This document shows, piece after piece, positions 26,495-40,626 of a stretch of 64,000 nt of DNA (the stretch's first letter is position 1; each line of letters starts with the position of its first letter). The notes under the pieces are model-generated. The model saw only the letters and a program-made list of their open reading frames with translations. It ran no database searches and was not told the origin of the DNA. The translations under genes and the position numbers were made by a program. The stretch is from Mobula hypostoma. Lineage: Eukaryota. The DNA is taken from NCBI RefSeq assembly GCF_963921235.1, contig NC_086097.1:61504001-61568000 (forward strand). Reading direction: 5' to 3'.

Positions 26495-28300
26495 GATAAT
26501 TTCTAGTGGTTCCACAATCTCTAAGTTTTCCTCTTTCAGAACCGAAGGGTGCAGTTCATCTGGTCCAGGTGACTTATGAACCCTTAGGTCTTTCAGCTCT
26601 TTGAGCAGCTTCTCCCTTGTAATAATAACTGCACCCACTTCTCTTCCTTCACACACTACAAAAATCAGGCATACTGCTAGAGCCTTCCACAGTGAAGAGT
26701 GAGACAAAATACTTATTTAGTTCATCTGCCATCTCCTTTTACCTCATTATTATTTCTCCAGCCTCATTTTCTAGCAGCCCTATACCCCCCTTATCTCTCT
26801 TTTAGTTTTTACATACTTGAAAAATCTTTTACTATCCACTTTGACATTGTTTGCTCGCTTGCTTTCATATTTCATTTTTTCCCTCCGAATGATTCTTTTA
26901 GTTACTCTCCGTAGGGTTTTAAAAGATTCCCATTCCTCTATTTTCCAGCCAAATTTTGCTTTGTTGCATGCCCTCTCTTTCGCTTTTATATTAGCTTTCA
27001 CTTCCCTTGTCAGCTACAGTTCTACTCTATTTCCTTCTGAGCATTTCTTTGTTTTTGGATTACATCTGTCCTGCACCTTCCTCATTTTCCCCAGAAACTC
27101 ACACCATTGCTGCTCTGCTGTCATCCCTGCCAGCATCTCATTCCAATTAACTTTTGCCAACTCCCCTTTCATACCTCTGTAATTTCTTCTACTCCACTGA
27201 GATACTGCTACATCAGACTTTACTTTCTCCCTATCAAATTTCAAGTTGAACTCAATCATATTGTGATTACTGTCTCCTAAGGGTTCTTTTATCTTAAGCT
27301 CCATACTCACTTCTGGTTCATTATGTAACACTCAATCCAGTATAGTTGATACCCTAGTAGACTCAACGACAAGTTGTTCTAAAAAGCCACCTTGTAGGCA
27401 TTCACCAACTTACTCTCTTCAGATCCATTACCAACCTGATTTTCCAATCGACCTGCATGTTAAAATCTCCCATGACTATCATAACATCGCCGTTTTGACA
27501 CGCCTTTTCTATTTCCCTTTGTAATCTGTGGTCCACATCCCAGCTGCTGTTGGGAAGCCTGTATTTAACTGCCAGCTGGGTCCTTTGACCCTTGCAGTTT
27601 CTTTATTCGACCCACAAGGTTTCAACATTTTCCGATCCTATGTCACATCTTTCTACTGATTTGATGCCATTCTTTACCAGCAGAGCCACACCACATCCTC
27701 TGCCAACTACAACCATCCTTCAGCCATGATTTACTGATGGCCACAACATCATATCTGACAATTTGTAATAATGCAACAAGATCATCCACCTTATTTCTTA
27801 TACTCCATGCATTGAGATATAACAATTTGAGTGCTGTATTTGCTACCTTTTTTGATTCTGCATCCCTAATGCACTGATACTCACCCTGCTGGCTGTAATT
27901 TTGTCCTATCATCTACCTGTCCTCTGTGACAGTCTGACTTTATGATAGCTTTGCTTTTTTACCAAGCATCCTATCCTGAGTCCCTTCACTCCGATCCCCA
28001 CCCCCCCCCCGCCTAATTAGTTTAAACTTTCCCCAACAGCTCTAACAAACCTACCTGTGAGAATATTTGTCCCCGTCTGGTTCAGGAGCAACCCATCACT
28101 TTTGTACAGGTCATACCTCTCCCAGAATAGATCCCAATGATCTGAGAACCTGAAGCCCAGCCCCCTGTACCAGTGTCTCAGCCACGCATTTATCTGCCAA
28201 AATCATCGTGTTTCTATCCTCACTGGTGCGTGGCACAGGTAACAATCTAGAAATTACTATCCCTGAGGTCCTGTTTCTCTGCTTTCCGTCTAGCTCTCTA
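26495..28300 (-). mobile_element. CR1 LINE fragment: ORF1 end and 5' half of ORF2
   Basis: LKLLYLNAWSIRNKVDDL, LGDSNHNMIEF and KSPGPDELHP in successive minus-strand ORFs; ORF1 ends TTA AAC TAA at 28025-28017. Confidence 0.9.
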
Positions 28301-29149
28301 GTGGGTATAGGACCCGTGAATCTCTTCTTTTAAGCAAGCATCACTGACCTCCGTGAAACCTCCTTGCTGCGCTCTGCTCCCTCTGCTCATTGGGCTGCCA
28401 GTACACTCGTTACACTTTTCAGCCTTCGATTTGCCTTCTTGATGTTTGGGATCCCAGCCCACCACTTACCATTGGAGACGCAGGTATAACTATTCACTCT
28501 TGCACAAATCGTCTCTGCTGCAGAAGAGATCCCAATGGTCTAAAAATGTGAATTCCTGTCTCCTTCACCAATTTTTAAGCCATACATTCACTTCCCATAT
28601 CCTGCTATTCTTGCCCTCGCTAGCACATGGGACTGGACAAAATCCCCAAGGCCTTGCTTCTTAATCTCTTCCATAGATCAGTATATGCATTCCACAGGAC
28701 CTCATCCTTTTCTCAATTTATGATATTTGTCCCAAAGTTCACAACAATCTCTGGCTGCTCACTGTCACCCTTTGATAATGTTCTCTATCTGTTCGATGTC
28801 ATAGGGTTATAGAAAAATACAGCACAGAAACAGTCCCTTTACTCCATCTAGTCCATGCGAAACCATTTAAACTGCATACCCCATTGACCTGCACTAACAA
28901 CATAGCCCTCCATAACTCTACCATAAGACCAAAAGATATAGGAGCAGAATTAGGCCACTTGGCTCATTGAGCCTGTCCTGACTAATTAAAAATCTATCAA
29001 GCTCTTCTTTAAGTATACCCAATTATTTGGCATCCACAGCCGCCTGTGGCAATGAGTTTCACAGATTCACCACTCATTGGCTCAAGAAATTCCTCCTTAT
29101 TTCCATTCTAAATTGACATTCCTCAACCGTCCATGTACCTATCCAAAGA

Positions 29150-29442
29150 TGTTTGCCATTGCTTTCTTCTGGACAGTGTCTTTACAAGTTGGGTGACACC
29201 AGTCATTATCAATACACTTCAGGGATTGTCTGCCTGGCATCAGTGGTCACATAACCAGGACCTGTGATATGCACCATCTGCTCATATGACCATCCACCAC
29301 CTGCTCCCATGTGGCTTCACATGACCCTGATCAGGAGCTGAGCCGGTGCTACACCTTACCCAAGGGTATCCTGCAGGCTAGCAGAGGGAAGGAGCACCTC
29401 ACAGCTCCTTTGGTAGAGACACATCTCTGCCCCGCCAGCCAA
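29150..29442 (-). mobile_element. Probable RTE-related non-autonomous element
   Basis: Minus strand ends GAAGAAAGCAATGGCAAAC, resembling RTE/BovB-type 3' sequence; assignment by eye only. Confidence 0.4.
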
Positions 29443-30519
29443 GATCCTGATATCAGATTGAAATAAATCACTTTGAGGTAAATTTTGATATTAGACCCGG
29501 TATTCTTTGAAGACCCTTTACTACCAGATTAACTCCCTTTTATTTATACAATACCAAATGTAAAATTGTGTTTCTTGTTCATTCTTCAAAATCCTGACCA
29601 AGTAAATGATCTCTTATAGTTTTCCAAAATAAATCAAAAATAATTTATTAAAGGGCCTAACTATGAATTGAATGTAAATACAAAAAGTAAAAAATAAAAT
29701 TTTAGTATTTTCCATCTTCACAAGTTTGCAAAAGTGCTCAAGTGTGCTCAAGTGGAAAATTCATTTTAGGTAAAATTTTTGATAAGCTACACTTGTTTGA
29801 TTTTGAATTGATAAATAAACAGATAATTGGTTGTAGATAAACTATGATTTAAAAATACACCATTAAATTTCAACCAAACTGTCTCTACAAGCCTGATTGA
29901 TGTCTGCTCAATAAGACTAGGCAGTGGTTCTGTTTGCTTCTGGCAGTCTGCCTTGGGGACAAAAAATTCATTGTTAAACTAGATCAAAGAGCAGCATGTT
30001 TGTTGGTCTTTGATCTATTACAAGCCACTGAAATGAATTTAAGACAATTAGTCAACAACATTTTTGATCAAAGTTACCAGCTTGATTATTGTAACATCTT
30101 CCTGCTGCATTTAGATTAATGAGTAGATGCTCGTAGCATCATAAATCTACTTGCAAATTCAACATCCAATCAGCCTCTTAAATCAAGATTAAATGTTCAC
30201 TTAAGTACAAGAAGTCAAGGTTGAAATCACAATTACCTTTAATGAAAATACATTGTCCTTATCAGTCAAGTACAATAACAGTGTTGGGGATGGAGCGGGG
30301 GGTTGGAGTGGAGATGACCGTTCAGGTGATGTCTGCAGCGGCTAGGACTGGCACTGAGTCCAGGCATGGAAGGGTGAAGGCAGTAAGAACTTTGGTGATA
30401 GGGTACTCGATAGTTAGGCGACAGACAGAAGATTCCATGGCTGCCAATAGGAATCTGGTATAGTGTGTTGCCTCCTTGGTGCCGAGGTCCAAGATTAAGA
30501 TTACCAGGGTGGGTCTTAC

Positions 30520-31250
30520 ACAGTGAATGATAGGGCACTGAGCAGTGTGGAAGACCAAAATGATCTTGGAATACTGGTCCATTATTTATTGAAAGTTGTG
30601 ACACAGGTAGCTAGGGTCGTAAAGAAAGCTTTTGGCACATTGACCTTCATAAATCAAAGTACTGAGTTCAAGAGTGAGGATGTTATTGTTGAAGTTGTAA
30701 AACGTTGATGAGGCCTGATTTGTAGTCCTGTGTGCAGTTTTGATCACCTACCTACCAGAAAGATATAAATAAGTTTGAAGGAGGACAGAGAAAATTTACA
30801 AGGATGTTGCCAGGTCTGGAAGACCTGAGTTATGAGGAAAGATTGAATATATTAGGACTTTATTCCTTGGAACATAGAAGACTGAGAAGAGACTTGATAT
30901 GGGCATACATAATTATGAGGGGTATAGATAGGGTAAACGTAAGCAGGTTTTTTCCACTGAGGTTGGGTGGGACTACAACCAGAGGGCATGGTTTAAGAAT
31001 GAAAGTTGAAAAGTTTAAAGGAGAAGCTTCTTTGCTCAGAGGGTCATGAGAGTGTGGAATGATCTGCCAGCACAAGTGGTGCATGCAAGCTTGATTTCAA
31101 CATTTAAGAGAAGTTTGGATAGGTGGGGGTAGGGAGGCCTATGGTCTGGATGCAGGTCAATGGGAGTAGGCAGCTTAAATGGTTTTGGCATGGACTAGAT
31201 GGGCTGAAGGGCCTGTTTCTGTGCTGTACCTTTCTACAACTCTCTGACTA
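30520..31250 (+). mobile_element. CR1 LINE 3' fragment
   Basis: EDQNDLGILVH; MLPGLEDLSYEERL...TRGHGL; CR1 3'UTR. Confidence 0.85.
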
Positions 31251-33110
31251 TTCAGGAAAGAAGGCACAGAAAATTTTCCAGAAGTAACAGAAAGTAATAG
31301 TTTTACGGTGAGTAAGACACTAAAAGAATTTAGCTTCTGTGTAAAATAGCATTGTAAAAATTTAAAACCTGAAAACTAATAAGCAAGTGGGACCTGATAT
31401 TTTGAAAGAAATATTAATGGACATAATGAAAGGATTAGCTGTCACTTTATACAATTTCAAAGATTCTAGAATGATTTGCATAGATTGGAAGGTTGCAAAT
31501 GTAACTACAGACAATTTACTGTGACATCAGCAGTGGGGAAAATGCAATAATTCATTATTACTGGTGTTATAGTAGGGTACATAAAGAAAGGGATAGAACT
31601 GGGCAGAGTGCACATGAATTAATTAAGGGATCTCATTTTTGGCACCCTGTTAGAATGTGTTGATGTTGTAACCAACAGACTAGATAAGGGGAGGCCAGTT
31701 TTTGTGGTGTTTTGGACTTCTAGAAGGCCTGTAATTAGACAAACAAGAAACTACTAAAGAAAACTCATGCACATGAGATTTGGGATAATACACCAAGTTA
31801 ATCTAAGGGTGAAGGTAGAGAATGGTAAAAAAGCAATCATTGAAGGTTTGGAAGATTGTGACATATGGAGTACCATAGAGGTAGGAACTGACCCCAGTTG
31901 TTCGCAATTTATAATGGTTTGGGTGAGCAGAACAAGTATAATATCCAAGTTTACTTATGACATTAAATGGGATAGCAATATAGGTCACGAGGAGGATGCC
32001 GATGGATTCAAGCAGGTTACCCAAGCTAAGCAAAAGGATAGGAACATGCATATTGAATATGATGTAATTCCATCTATTTTGGTTTAAAAAATGCATTTTA
32101 AAACTGAGAGATTGAAATGTGTAGATGTTCAGGCTTTCATATCTGCTTTCACGACCTCTCCTGGAAATGCATTTCAGGTACCCTCCTCCCATAAAAAACT
32201 TGACTCGTAACTCTCCTTTAATCTTTTCCCTCTCACCGTGAGGCTATATCTTCTTATATTTGAGCTTTCTATCTTGAGAAAAATACATCCATGCTCTATC
32301 CATGCCTCCTACTATTTTATGTACATCAATCAGGTTGGCCCCTCTGCCTCTAATACCCCGGAGAAAATCATCCAAGTTTCTCCAACCTTTTCTTGCAGCT
32401 AATACTTTCTATACCAGGCAATATAGTAATAAAGCTCTTCTGTGCACTCTTGAAAACCACCTCATTTTTCCAGTAATACTGTCGTCAAAGCTGAACTCAA
32501 TATTCCAAATGTGGCCTAACCAAAGCATTGTGCAGCTGCAACATAATCTGCCAACTTTCATGCTCACCATGACCCAAATGAAACATTCTTAGTGTCTTCT
32601 TTATCATGTTATCTACTTGTATTGCCATTTTCAGGTTGCTATGAATTTGCACTTAAAGAACACTCTGTATACCAATGTTTGTAATAGTCCTGCTATTTAC
32701 TGTTACATTTTTCTTATATTTGACCTCCAAAAGGTCAATGCCTTACACTTGTGCAAATAGAACTCCACCTGCTACTTTTCTAATCATATTCCATCGTATC
32801 TATATCCCTTTGTATACTTTGACAACCTGTCTCATGATCTATAAGTCTGCTGATTTGTTTGTCATCTGTAAACCTACTAATCAGTTCATCTACATTTTTG
32901 TCCAGATCACTTAGATATATAAACATGCACAGAGGTTCAACCATTGATCACAGACCTCCAGTCAGAATAACACACTTACACCATTACCCTATGTCTTCTA
33001 TGATCAAGCCAATTTTGTTTCAGTTCTACCAGGTCACTCTGGATCCTTTGTGCATTAATCTCCTGGATCAGCCTACCACGAGATAACTTATTGAATTTAG
33101 TAAAGTCCAA
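31250..33110. mobile_element. Old, highly decayed CR1 fragments (plus strand to about 32130, minus strand about 32140-33110)
   Basis: Residual LDF*KA, SKFTYDIK and minus-strand KSADL-like RT remnants; many stops and indels. Confidence 0.55.
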
Positions 33111-33890
33111 AAGATCATCTGTAATCCAATAGAGAAAGTGGAGTAGCCTCAATGGTCCAAGTGTCCTAGTCCTACTTCTGTTTCTAAATGGCTTAGGCCC
33201 TTATTAATGCATTTTAACCAATTATAAATTTGGCATTATGTTTAACATAATTTGCTACAAGGTATTTTTAAAAATCTAAAGGAATTATATGCAACACAAG
33301 TTTACAGAGGCATTTGATAATATTAATCATGAGAAGCTGCTAATAAAATTTAAAAGCAAACAATACAAGGCAAGCTCTTCAAGGAGATGGGGCAAGAGCA
33401 AATAATTGTCAGGTTATAACACTAACTGGTTAATCTAGAAAAACGCCAGGCCTTGACAGTTTGCCACCTGCATCAGTCAATAGATTTAGGAGCTGAATAC
33501 AAATTGGGATGAGTTTGCAATACTAATAACATAGAGGAGAGCTGAAAGATTGAAGGAGAGGAACAGAGCGGGTTGAGAAATGAGCCTGGAAGCAGCAGGG
33601 AAGACCCGACAAATTAATGAACAAAACCCTAATGCATGGAAAAAAATTAATTAGTGCCACATACTGTAATGGATGGTTTGAACTGTTCATACATAGAAGA
33701 ACCACAAGGTAAGAGAAATGAATACAGAGGAAAAAAATTAAGTAGTTTAATCTTTAAAATAGTTGGCTAAAAGGTTAATTAAAAATAATGCCTACGATAT
33801 GAGAATATACAGTACATAAAGCATTACATCAAGCAAACCAAGGCAATAAGATGATGTTAGTCGTCAGTAAAATAAAGGTCAATAGATTTC

Positions 33891-35650
33891 GCAAACACGG
33901 GGAATTCTGCAGATGCTGGGAATTCAAGCAACACACATCAAAGTTGCTGGTGAACGCAGCAGGCCAGGCAGCATCTCTAGGAAGAGGTACAGTCGACGTT
34001 TCGGGCCGAGACCCTTCGTCAGGACTAACTGAAGGAAGAACTAGTAAGAGATTTGAAAGTGGGAGGGGGAGGGGGAGATCCAAAATGATAGGAGAAGATA
34101 GGAGGGGGAGAGATGGAGCCAAGAGCTGGACAGGTGATTGACAAAAGGGATATGAGTGGATCATGGGACAGGAGGCCCAGGGAGAAGGAAAAGGGGGAGA
34201 GGGGGAAACCCAGAGGATGCGTAAGGGGTATAGTCAGAGGGACAGAGGGATAAAAAGGAGAGAGAGAGAAAGAACGTGTGTATATAAATAAATAACGGAT
34301 GGGGTACGAGGGGGAGGTGGGGCATTAGCGGAAGTTAGAGAAGTCAATGTTCATGCTATCAGGTTGGAGGCTACCCATACAGAATATAAGGTGTTGTTCC
34401 TCCAACCTGATTGTGGCTTCATCTTGACAGTAGAGGAGGCCGTGGATAGACATATCAGAATGGGAATGGGATGTGGAATTAAAATGTGTGGCCACTAAGA
34501 GATCCTCCTTTCTCTGGCAGACAGAGCGTAGGTGTTCAACAAAACGATCTCCCAGTCTGCGTCGGGTCTCACCAATATATAGAAGACCACATCGGGAGCA
34601 CCAGGTGCAGTATATCACTCCAGCCGACTCACAGGTGAAATGTCGCCTCACCTGGAAGGACTGTCTGGGGCCCTGAATGGTGTTAAGGGAGGAAGTGTAA
34701 GGGCATGTGTAGCACTTGTTCTGCTTACAAGCTTCTGCCACCTCCAACGGGATCCCACCACTAATCACATCTTTCCCTCCCCCTCCTCTGCTTTCCGCAG
34801 GGATCGCTCCCTACGCGACTCCCTTGTCCATTCGTTCCCCCCCCATCCCTCCCCACTGATCTCCCTCCTGGCTCTTATCCTTGTAAGTGGAACAAGTGCT
34901 ACACATGCCCTTACACTTCCTCCCTTACCACCATTCAGGGCCCCAGACAGTCCTTCCAGATGAGGCGATACTTCCCCTGTGAATCGGCTGGGGTGATATA
35001 TTGCGTCCGGTGCTCCCAATGTGGCCTTCTATATATTGGCGAGACCCGATGCAGACTGGGAGATCGTTTTGCTGAACACCTATGCTCTGTCCGCCAGAGA
35101 AAGCAGGATCTCCCAGTGGCCACACATTTTAATTCCACATCCCATTCCCATTCTGATATGTCTATCCACGGACTCCTCTACTGTCAAGATGAAGCCACAC
35201 TCAGGTTGGAGGAACAACGCCTTATATTCCGTCTGGGTAGACTCCAACCTGATGGCATGAGCATTAACTTCTCTAACTTCCGCTAATGCCCCACCTCCCC
35301 CTCATACCCCATCCGTTATTTATTTATATACACACATTCTTTCTCTCTCTCTCCTTTTTATCCCTCTGTCCCTCTGACTATACCCCTTGCCCATCCTCTG
35401 GGTTTCCCCCCCTCCCACTTTTCCTTCTCCCTGGGCCTCTTATCCCATGATCCTCTGATATCCTTTTTGCCAATCACCTCTCCAGCTCTTGGCTCCACCC
35501 CTCCTCCTCTCTCTCCCACTTTCAAATCTCTTACTAGCTCTTCCTTCAGTTGGTCCTGACAAAGGTTCTCGGTCTGAAACGTCGACTGTACCTCTTCCTA
35601 GAGATGCTGCCTGGCCTGCTGCGTTCACCAGCAACTTTGATGCGTGTTGC
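33891..35650. mobile_element. Palindromic Penelope-like element (family A, GIY-YIG), two 5'-truncated copies head-to-head
   Basis: GVIYC...YIGET...RF.EH GIY-YIG ORFs at 34325-34768 (-) and 34960-35286 (+); 33928-34731 inverted vs 34880-35650; exact 13-bp TSD GTCAATAGATTTC at 33878-33890 and 35651-35663. Confidence 0.95.
33991..34026 (-). ncRNA. Minimal type I hammerhead ribozyme motif in PLE 3' region
   Basis: Minus strand AGTC-CTGACGA-A-GGGT(CTCG)GCCC-GAAAC-GTC-GACT: intact core, helix I AGTC/GACT, palindromic ACGT helix III. Confidence 0.8.
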
Positions 35651-37499
35651 GTCAATAGATTTCAGCTGATTACTACCAGAATGAATCTTATGGAAGTACG
35701 GGCTGGATTGTGTTATACTTGAAACTTTGCTTGGATGCACCACCTTCTTCTTCCAGAAGCAGAAAGCCAAATTAACTGATCCGCCATCACTGATAGGTGT
35801 CTGGGTGAGGAGGAACAATGATTGGCAGTCAGGCAATGCCCAACAGGGCCTGCCGTCAGAATGCTCCAGGGACCTCAAAACCATCAAATTCTCTTCAATT
35901 ATTTACCTTAAAACTTAGCCACTTAAAAAAGTCAAAATGTATTTAAGAAGTGAATTTCATTTAAAGTATCTTAATATACTCACAAATATTTAAAGGCATT
36001 AAAAAGCAATATTAAATAATTTCAGAGGGTTGGTGACACCATGAAAATGAATGAGGTCTTGCACACAGTGTGACAGTCATTGAATAAAGCTGGGTGTGAA
36101 TACAAAATTAATCTCTCATTCCCCTCCACTCTCCCGAGGAAATCACTGGCCCATGACTCAGCACAACAGAAATCCAATGGTGGAGCAATAGCCCACAAAT
36201 GCCAGTATCTGACCTTCTGCTCATCTGAAACTTCTGTGTTTGACAGATGATGTGTGGAGGTCTCAAACAGTGATCCAATAAGAAGTGATAGCTCCAGTCA
36301 GCTGAATTTAGCCCATTTACTAACAGATGGAATAGACATATTGTTAAGTTGGCATCCTTGGGTTTATCCAGAATCCAACGAAATAAGATAATCTTTTTCT
36401 CTCTACTCCTGCTGAAGGGTCTCAGCCTGAAACATCAACTGTATACTTTTCCATAGATGCTGCCTGGCCTGCTGAGTTCCTCCAGCATTTTGTGTGTGTT
36501 AATGGGAGATGGTTATTTTAATTATTGTGTTGAATGATGCATTTCTACTTTTTGTGGTCTTGAGATCCTAAATGGTCTTGTGCTCTATGTGCAAATAGAG
36601 TATTGCTTTTAAACAACAGTCTAATTGCAGACTAGTTCTTGAAGAGATTTATAGTTTGATTTTTGCACTTTTATTACATGCAAGTTATTTTCCTCTGATG
36701 ACTTTACAAAGTTATATAAAGTAAATGTTTTAGCATGGCTCATATAAGCATGTGGGTTTAGAAATCCTAGCCAGTCTGACAGTGCAGGATAGGCAAAAAC
36801 TTAATGCTCTTATTTTTTCTGACTTCAGCTCAGATATCCCCAACTCCACAGTTTCTTGAAATAATTCATTTCTGAGAAGTGCAATTTCATGAGTGATGAG
36901 TGCTAAATGAAGCTAGAGGGCATGGATTGAAGCTTCCTCCATCTCTTACCACAATAGAGCTTATTAGCTATCACTGCTGCTCGAGGTCAGCCCCATGGAG
37001 CTGGGAGGGAGTAATGATGGTCAGGTTTTGAATGCCTTGGTGAATGAGGCAGGGAGAAGGCTAGAGATTTTCACTGTTCTGGAGCTTAAGAAGCCCTGAC
37101 CATAGTCAAGCAGCAATGAGAGAAGGCTCTTCTTAATCTCCAGGCTTGATGTGGATGTAATTTTGCATGAAGTTTGATGACCTCATAGCTGTAGTAAAGA
37201 AAAAGGAATGTTTCATCAAATCTACCAATCTCACATACGACTCTATGTCGGAGACTCAATAACAATCATCCTTAATTAGGATTCCTAACTAACATTCATA
37301 ATCACCCACCAAGCTCTCACGTATTTTCTGCGAATTTTAGATGGTAATCTACATTGTGGTGTTTACATACACATTCTCAGCTGTACTATCGTGGGTGGGA
37401 TATTACCTAGGCATAATGCAAGAAACTCAAATACATTCTTCCCTCTTGCAGAAGAAGATACATAATTTTTGCAAAATGAGAGACATAAAAAGCAACACC

Positions 37500-37727
37500 C
37501 TACCGCGGTAGTGTAGCAATAGGTTTAACACTAATAAAGGTCCGAGTTCAATCCCAGCATCATCTGTAATGAATTTGTACATTCTCCCTGTGGAATGCAT
37601 TGGTAGGTACACTGGTCATTGTAAATTGGCCCGTGATTAGATTAGAGATAAATTGGGAGTTGCTGGGCAGCATGGCTCAAAGAGCCAGAAGAACCTAATT
37701 TACACTGTATCGCTACATGAATAAATA
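37500..37727 (+). mobile_element. tRNA-derived V-SINE (HE1-like), decayed
   Basis: B box GAGTTCAATCCC, then V-domain-like TGTAATGAATTTGTACATTCTCCCTGTG; AATAAA-type end. Confidence 0.6.
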
Positions 37728-38309
37728 TTCATCAGCTCGGTATATAAAAAAAGAGATTGTGCATGCCATTATTGGTGTGGTTACACCAGTGAACCTATGA
37801 ACAGCAGTAAGCTAAAGGTCACTAATGTTATCATTGTGGCAGAAACTAGTCATTCATCTCATCCCACTGATTAACAAGTGACATATGATGTAAACCCACT
37901 CCTCCTGTTCTACATTCCCACACTCATCCCTTAAGCCCCTCTCCCCTCAGAGGGTTAAGAGCTCTCGTTTGGCCAGCTATTGGCTTTTGAGAGAAAGATA
38001 GTAATTAGGAAATGATCCCATCACTCATTCTGTAATAACATCCTCCAGCTCAGACACTAGCATTTTTCATTGTGCAGACAGTAGCATGGAGCATAGATAC
38101 AGATGAAATGTGTCAGTGGACATAAGTGGACCAGAAGCAGAGTGGAGGGAAAGAAAAGTCTAATACCTTTTATCAGAGGAGTGAGTTTGCTCATATTTTC
38201 TGCTCTAGAGGATTCAGAAGGGGATATTCAGATGCAGATATAGGGTGTTTGGAATGCTGCCATACCCACAAGGGCATTTGAGTAAAAGCCTATGTGAAAT
38301 TCCATAGAG

Positions 38310-38648
38310 TCAAGAAATAGGGCATGGAAACAAATCCTTTGTCCCATCAAGTCTTCACCAACCATTAACCACCCATTTGCATCCATCGAACATCAATCTA
38401 ATTTTTTACTCTTCCCCACATTCTCAACAACACCCCCAAGTTTCTACTTATACTGACACCCTGAAGGAAATTTAAAGAATGTAATTAACCTACTGTGTTT
38501 TTGGGATAGGGGCACAAGTCAGACACAACAAAGGGAACCCATGTGGTTACAAAGAGAGCATTCAAACTCCACACAGAGAGCACCCAGGGCCACAACTGAA
38601 ACAAGATCTCGAGCATTGTGAAACCGTTGCACTACTACCTGGACCACT
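38310..38648 (-). mobile_element. V-SINE (HE1-like), decayed
   Basis: Minus strand TGTGTGGAGTTTGAATGCTCTC...ACCACATGGGTTCCC V-domain-like segment. Confidence 0.5.
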
Positions 38649-39054
38649 GGACTGTCCTAAAGGAGTTTCAGTAAAATCAGCTCCAATATTCCACGTGGCT
38701 TTGCACATGATCTGGGCTGAGGAAGCCAGCTCAGTTTTAACACTTGTAGATCCAGTACTCTGCAGCGTGTCAACACCCAAAGCAGCACAAGCAGGAGCAT
38801 CCTGATATCTGAAAGCGATAGTGGAAAATTGTGAACTCCATTTTCTCAAATGGCATGTTTTTCTCAACTAAAAATATCAAATTAGATTCTAGCTATATTA
38901 AACCATTGATTTCAATTAGCAACTTAGATGCTTCATCCACAGATTTTCAGGACTTTCAGATGTGATTAACTTGTCAGATTGCATCATATAATTCCAGTCT
39001 ACAGAGCACAGATAATTTTTATTAGTTCTCACTGAACTTCTGAGACTTTTTCCT

Positions 39055-39410
39055 CAGACCCACATTTCTACCTATTCTCCACAGAGGGAATGCTTCACTA
39101 TCAGAGATACCCCCTTTCAGGTGAGAAATTAAGCCGTCTCCATCTGCTCTAATACATGGTGAAGAAAGATTCCCTGACAGAACTTTGAGGAAACACAGGA
39201 AGAATATTCTTGTCATACCAAGATTTATTTCTCACCCAGCATTGCTGGAACAGATGATTTGTACATTGACGATCTTGCTGTTTTTGGGTGTTTTTCCTGT
39301 GAAACTGGCTCCCATGTTTCCAACCACAGTAACTACTCAAGGAATCTTACCTCTTTTGGAGCGTTTTGAGTTGCCTTGAAAGGTTACTAAAGGTTTTATA
39401 TAAAATTATT
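39055..39410 (+). mobile_element. DeuSINE-type (SacSINE1-like) SINE body and 3' tail
   Basis: CAGAGGGAATGCTTCACTATCAGAG...CTTTCAGGTGAGAAATTAAGCCG body and AGCGTTTTGAG...AAAGGTTTTATATAAA tail. Confidence 0.55.
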
Positions 39411-40626
39411 CCCTTCATTTGCTTAAATAAATGAGGGGGAAAAGAAAATTATTGATATGAATCATTCTGCTGTTCCTGGACTGTGTATCCAGAGGAGATA
39501 CTCTTGTCATAATTTTTAACCTTTCAAAATTCACTTCAGGGAAAGAAATCCATAGTCTTTTCCCAGATTAGCCTATATACGACTTCAGACTCAATGCAGT
39601 TGACTTTTAAAGGGTGGACAATAAATTCTGGCATTGCTAGATGCTGTGATTAAATATACAAAGAAGAGAACAGCCTCAAGCCAATTTATGAGCAAGATTT
39701 TCTCAGGTCAACTAACCTTACAATCGGCTGATATTTTAATAATACTAACACATGTGCTGTGACTATGCATATTGCTTACAAGATTTGATGACCTTTGAAG
39801 AAAGAGGGATTAATTTAAAAGTGAGTTCATTATTTTGGTCTTTTGCATGAGTGATTAATCTACAGAGTTGGATTAAATGCTGAGGGACAGAGATCTTAGG
39901 AACAGCTGAAGTGCTCCAATGGAAAAGAAACCCCAGACAACCCTTGAAATAGTTATTCTGCATACATGTTATCACACCCTTGACAAAATCCAAATGAAAT
40001 GTGAATCAGCTCCCTGACAGAAATAGTGGAAGGTGGAAGAAGGTTAATGAACACAGTGTGGAGAACGCTGTGAAGCAGCAAACTGATTTTTACGGAGAGA
40101 CAAGCAGCCAGTGATTGGTAAGCAGCTGTTTGAGTACCAAATTGGATTGCATAAATTTTAATTAATCTCAATTCATAATATCATGATTTCTATACAGAAC
40201 TTGTTATGCACAGAGACCCTCAGCTGAGCACATTGTATTTCTGCAGGAAAGACAAATTGCTGTCTGACTGATTCACAGTGCCCAAGTGGCAGTCAACAAC
40301 CAGATGAATTATTTAGTAAAAACCCGATGTTTTTATCTGTCATTTTAAAATTTCTACCAAAGACAAACTTTAACATTCATGATATGCATTGACCAATTAA
40401 ATCATTAAACACACAGTCTATATTTTTGTATGATATTTAATGATTTCATTTAGGATTTTAGCATAAAAGTTTCAGAATTTCCCAGCAGTGAACTTGGGCT
40501 TCACTTTTAACATTGAATGATAATCTGGCAGTAAACATCACCTGTTCTAATAAGATTCTGCCTGTTCAAACCTCAAGCCATTCGAATGAACCCATGCTAC
40601 AAGTTATCATCAAGATTCTAGTTGAA

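Noticed and set aside
35756-35805. Plus-strand candidate exon KQKAKLTDPPSLIGVW with AG/GT borders
   Set aside because: Short, unrecognised and expected by chance in 64 kb
36153-36163. Perfect NRF2/NFE2-type motif ATGACTCAGCA (similar site at 49749-49759)
   Set aside because: Isolated motifs with no target gene; the second probably derives from decayed PLE sequence
38655-38810. Minus-strand short ORF with signal-peptide-like start MLLLVLLWVLTRC after an acceptor-like site
   Set aside because: About 47 codons, no homology recognised and no good donor
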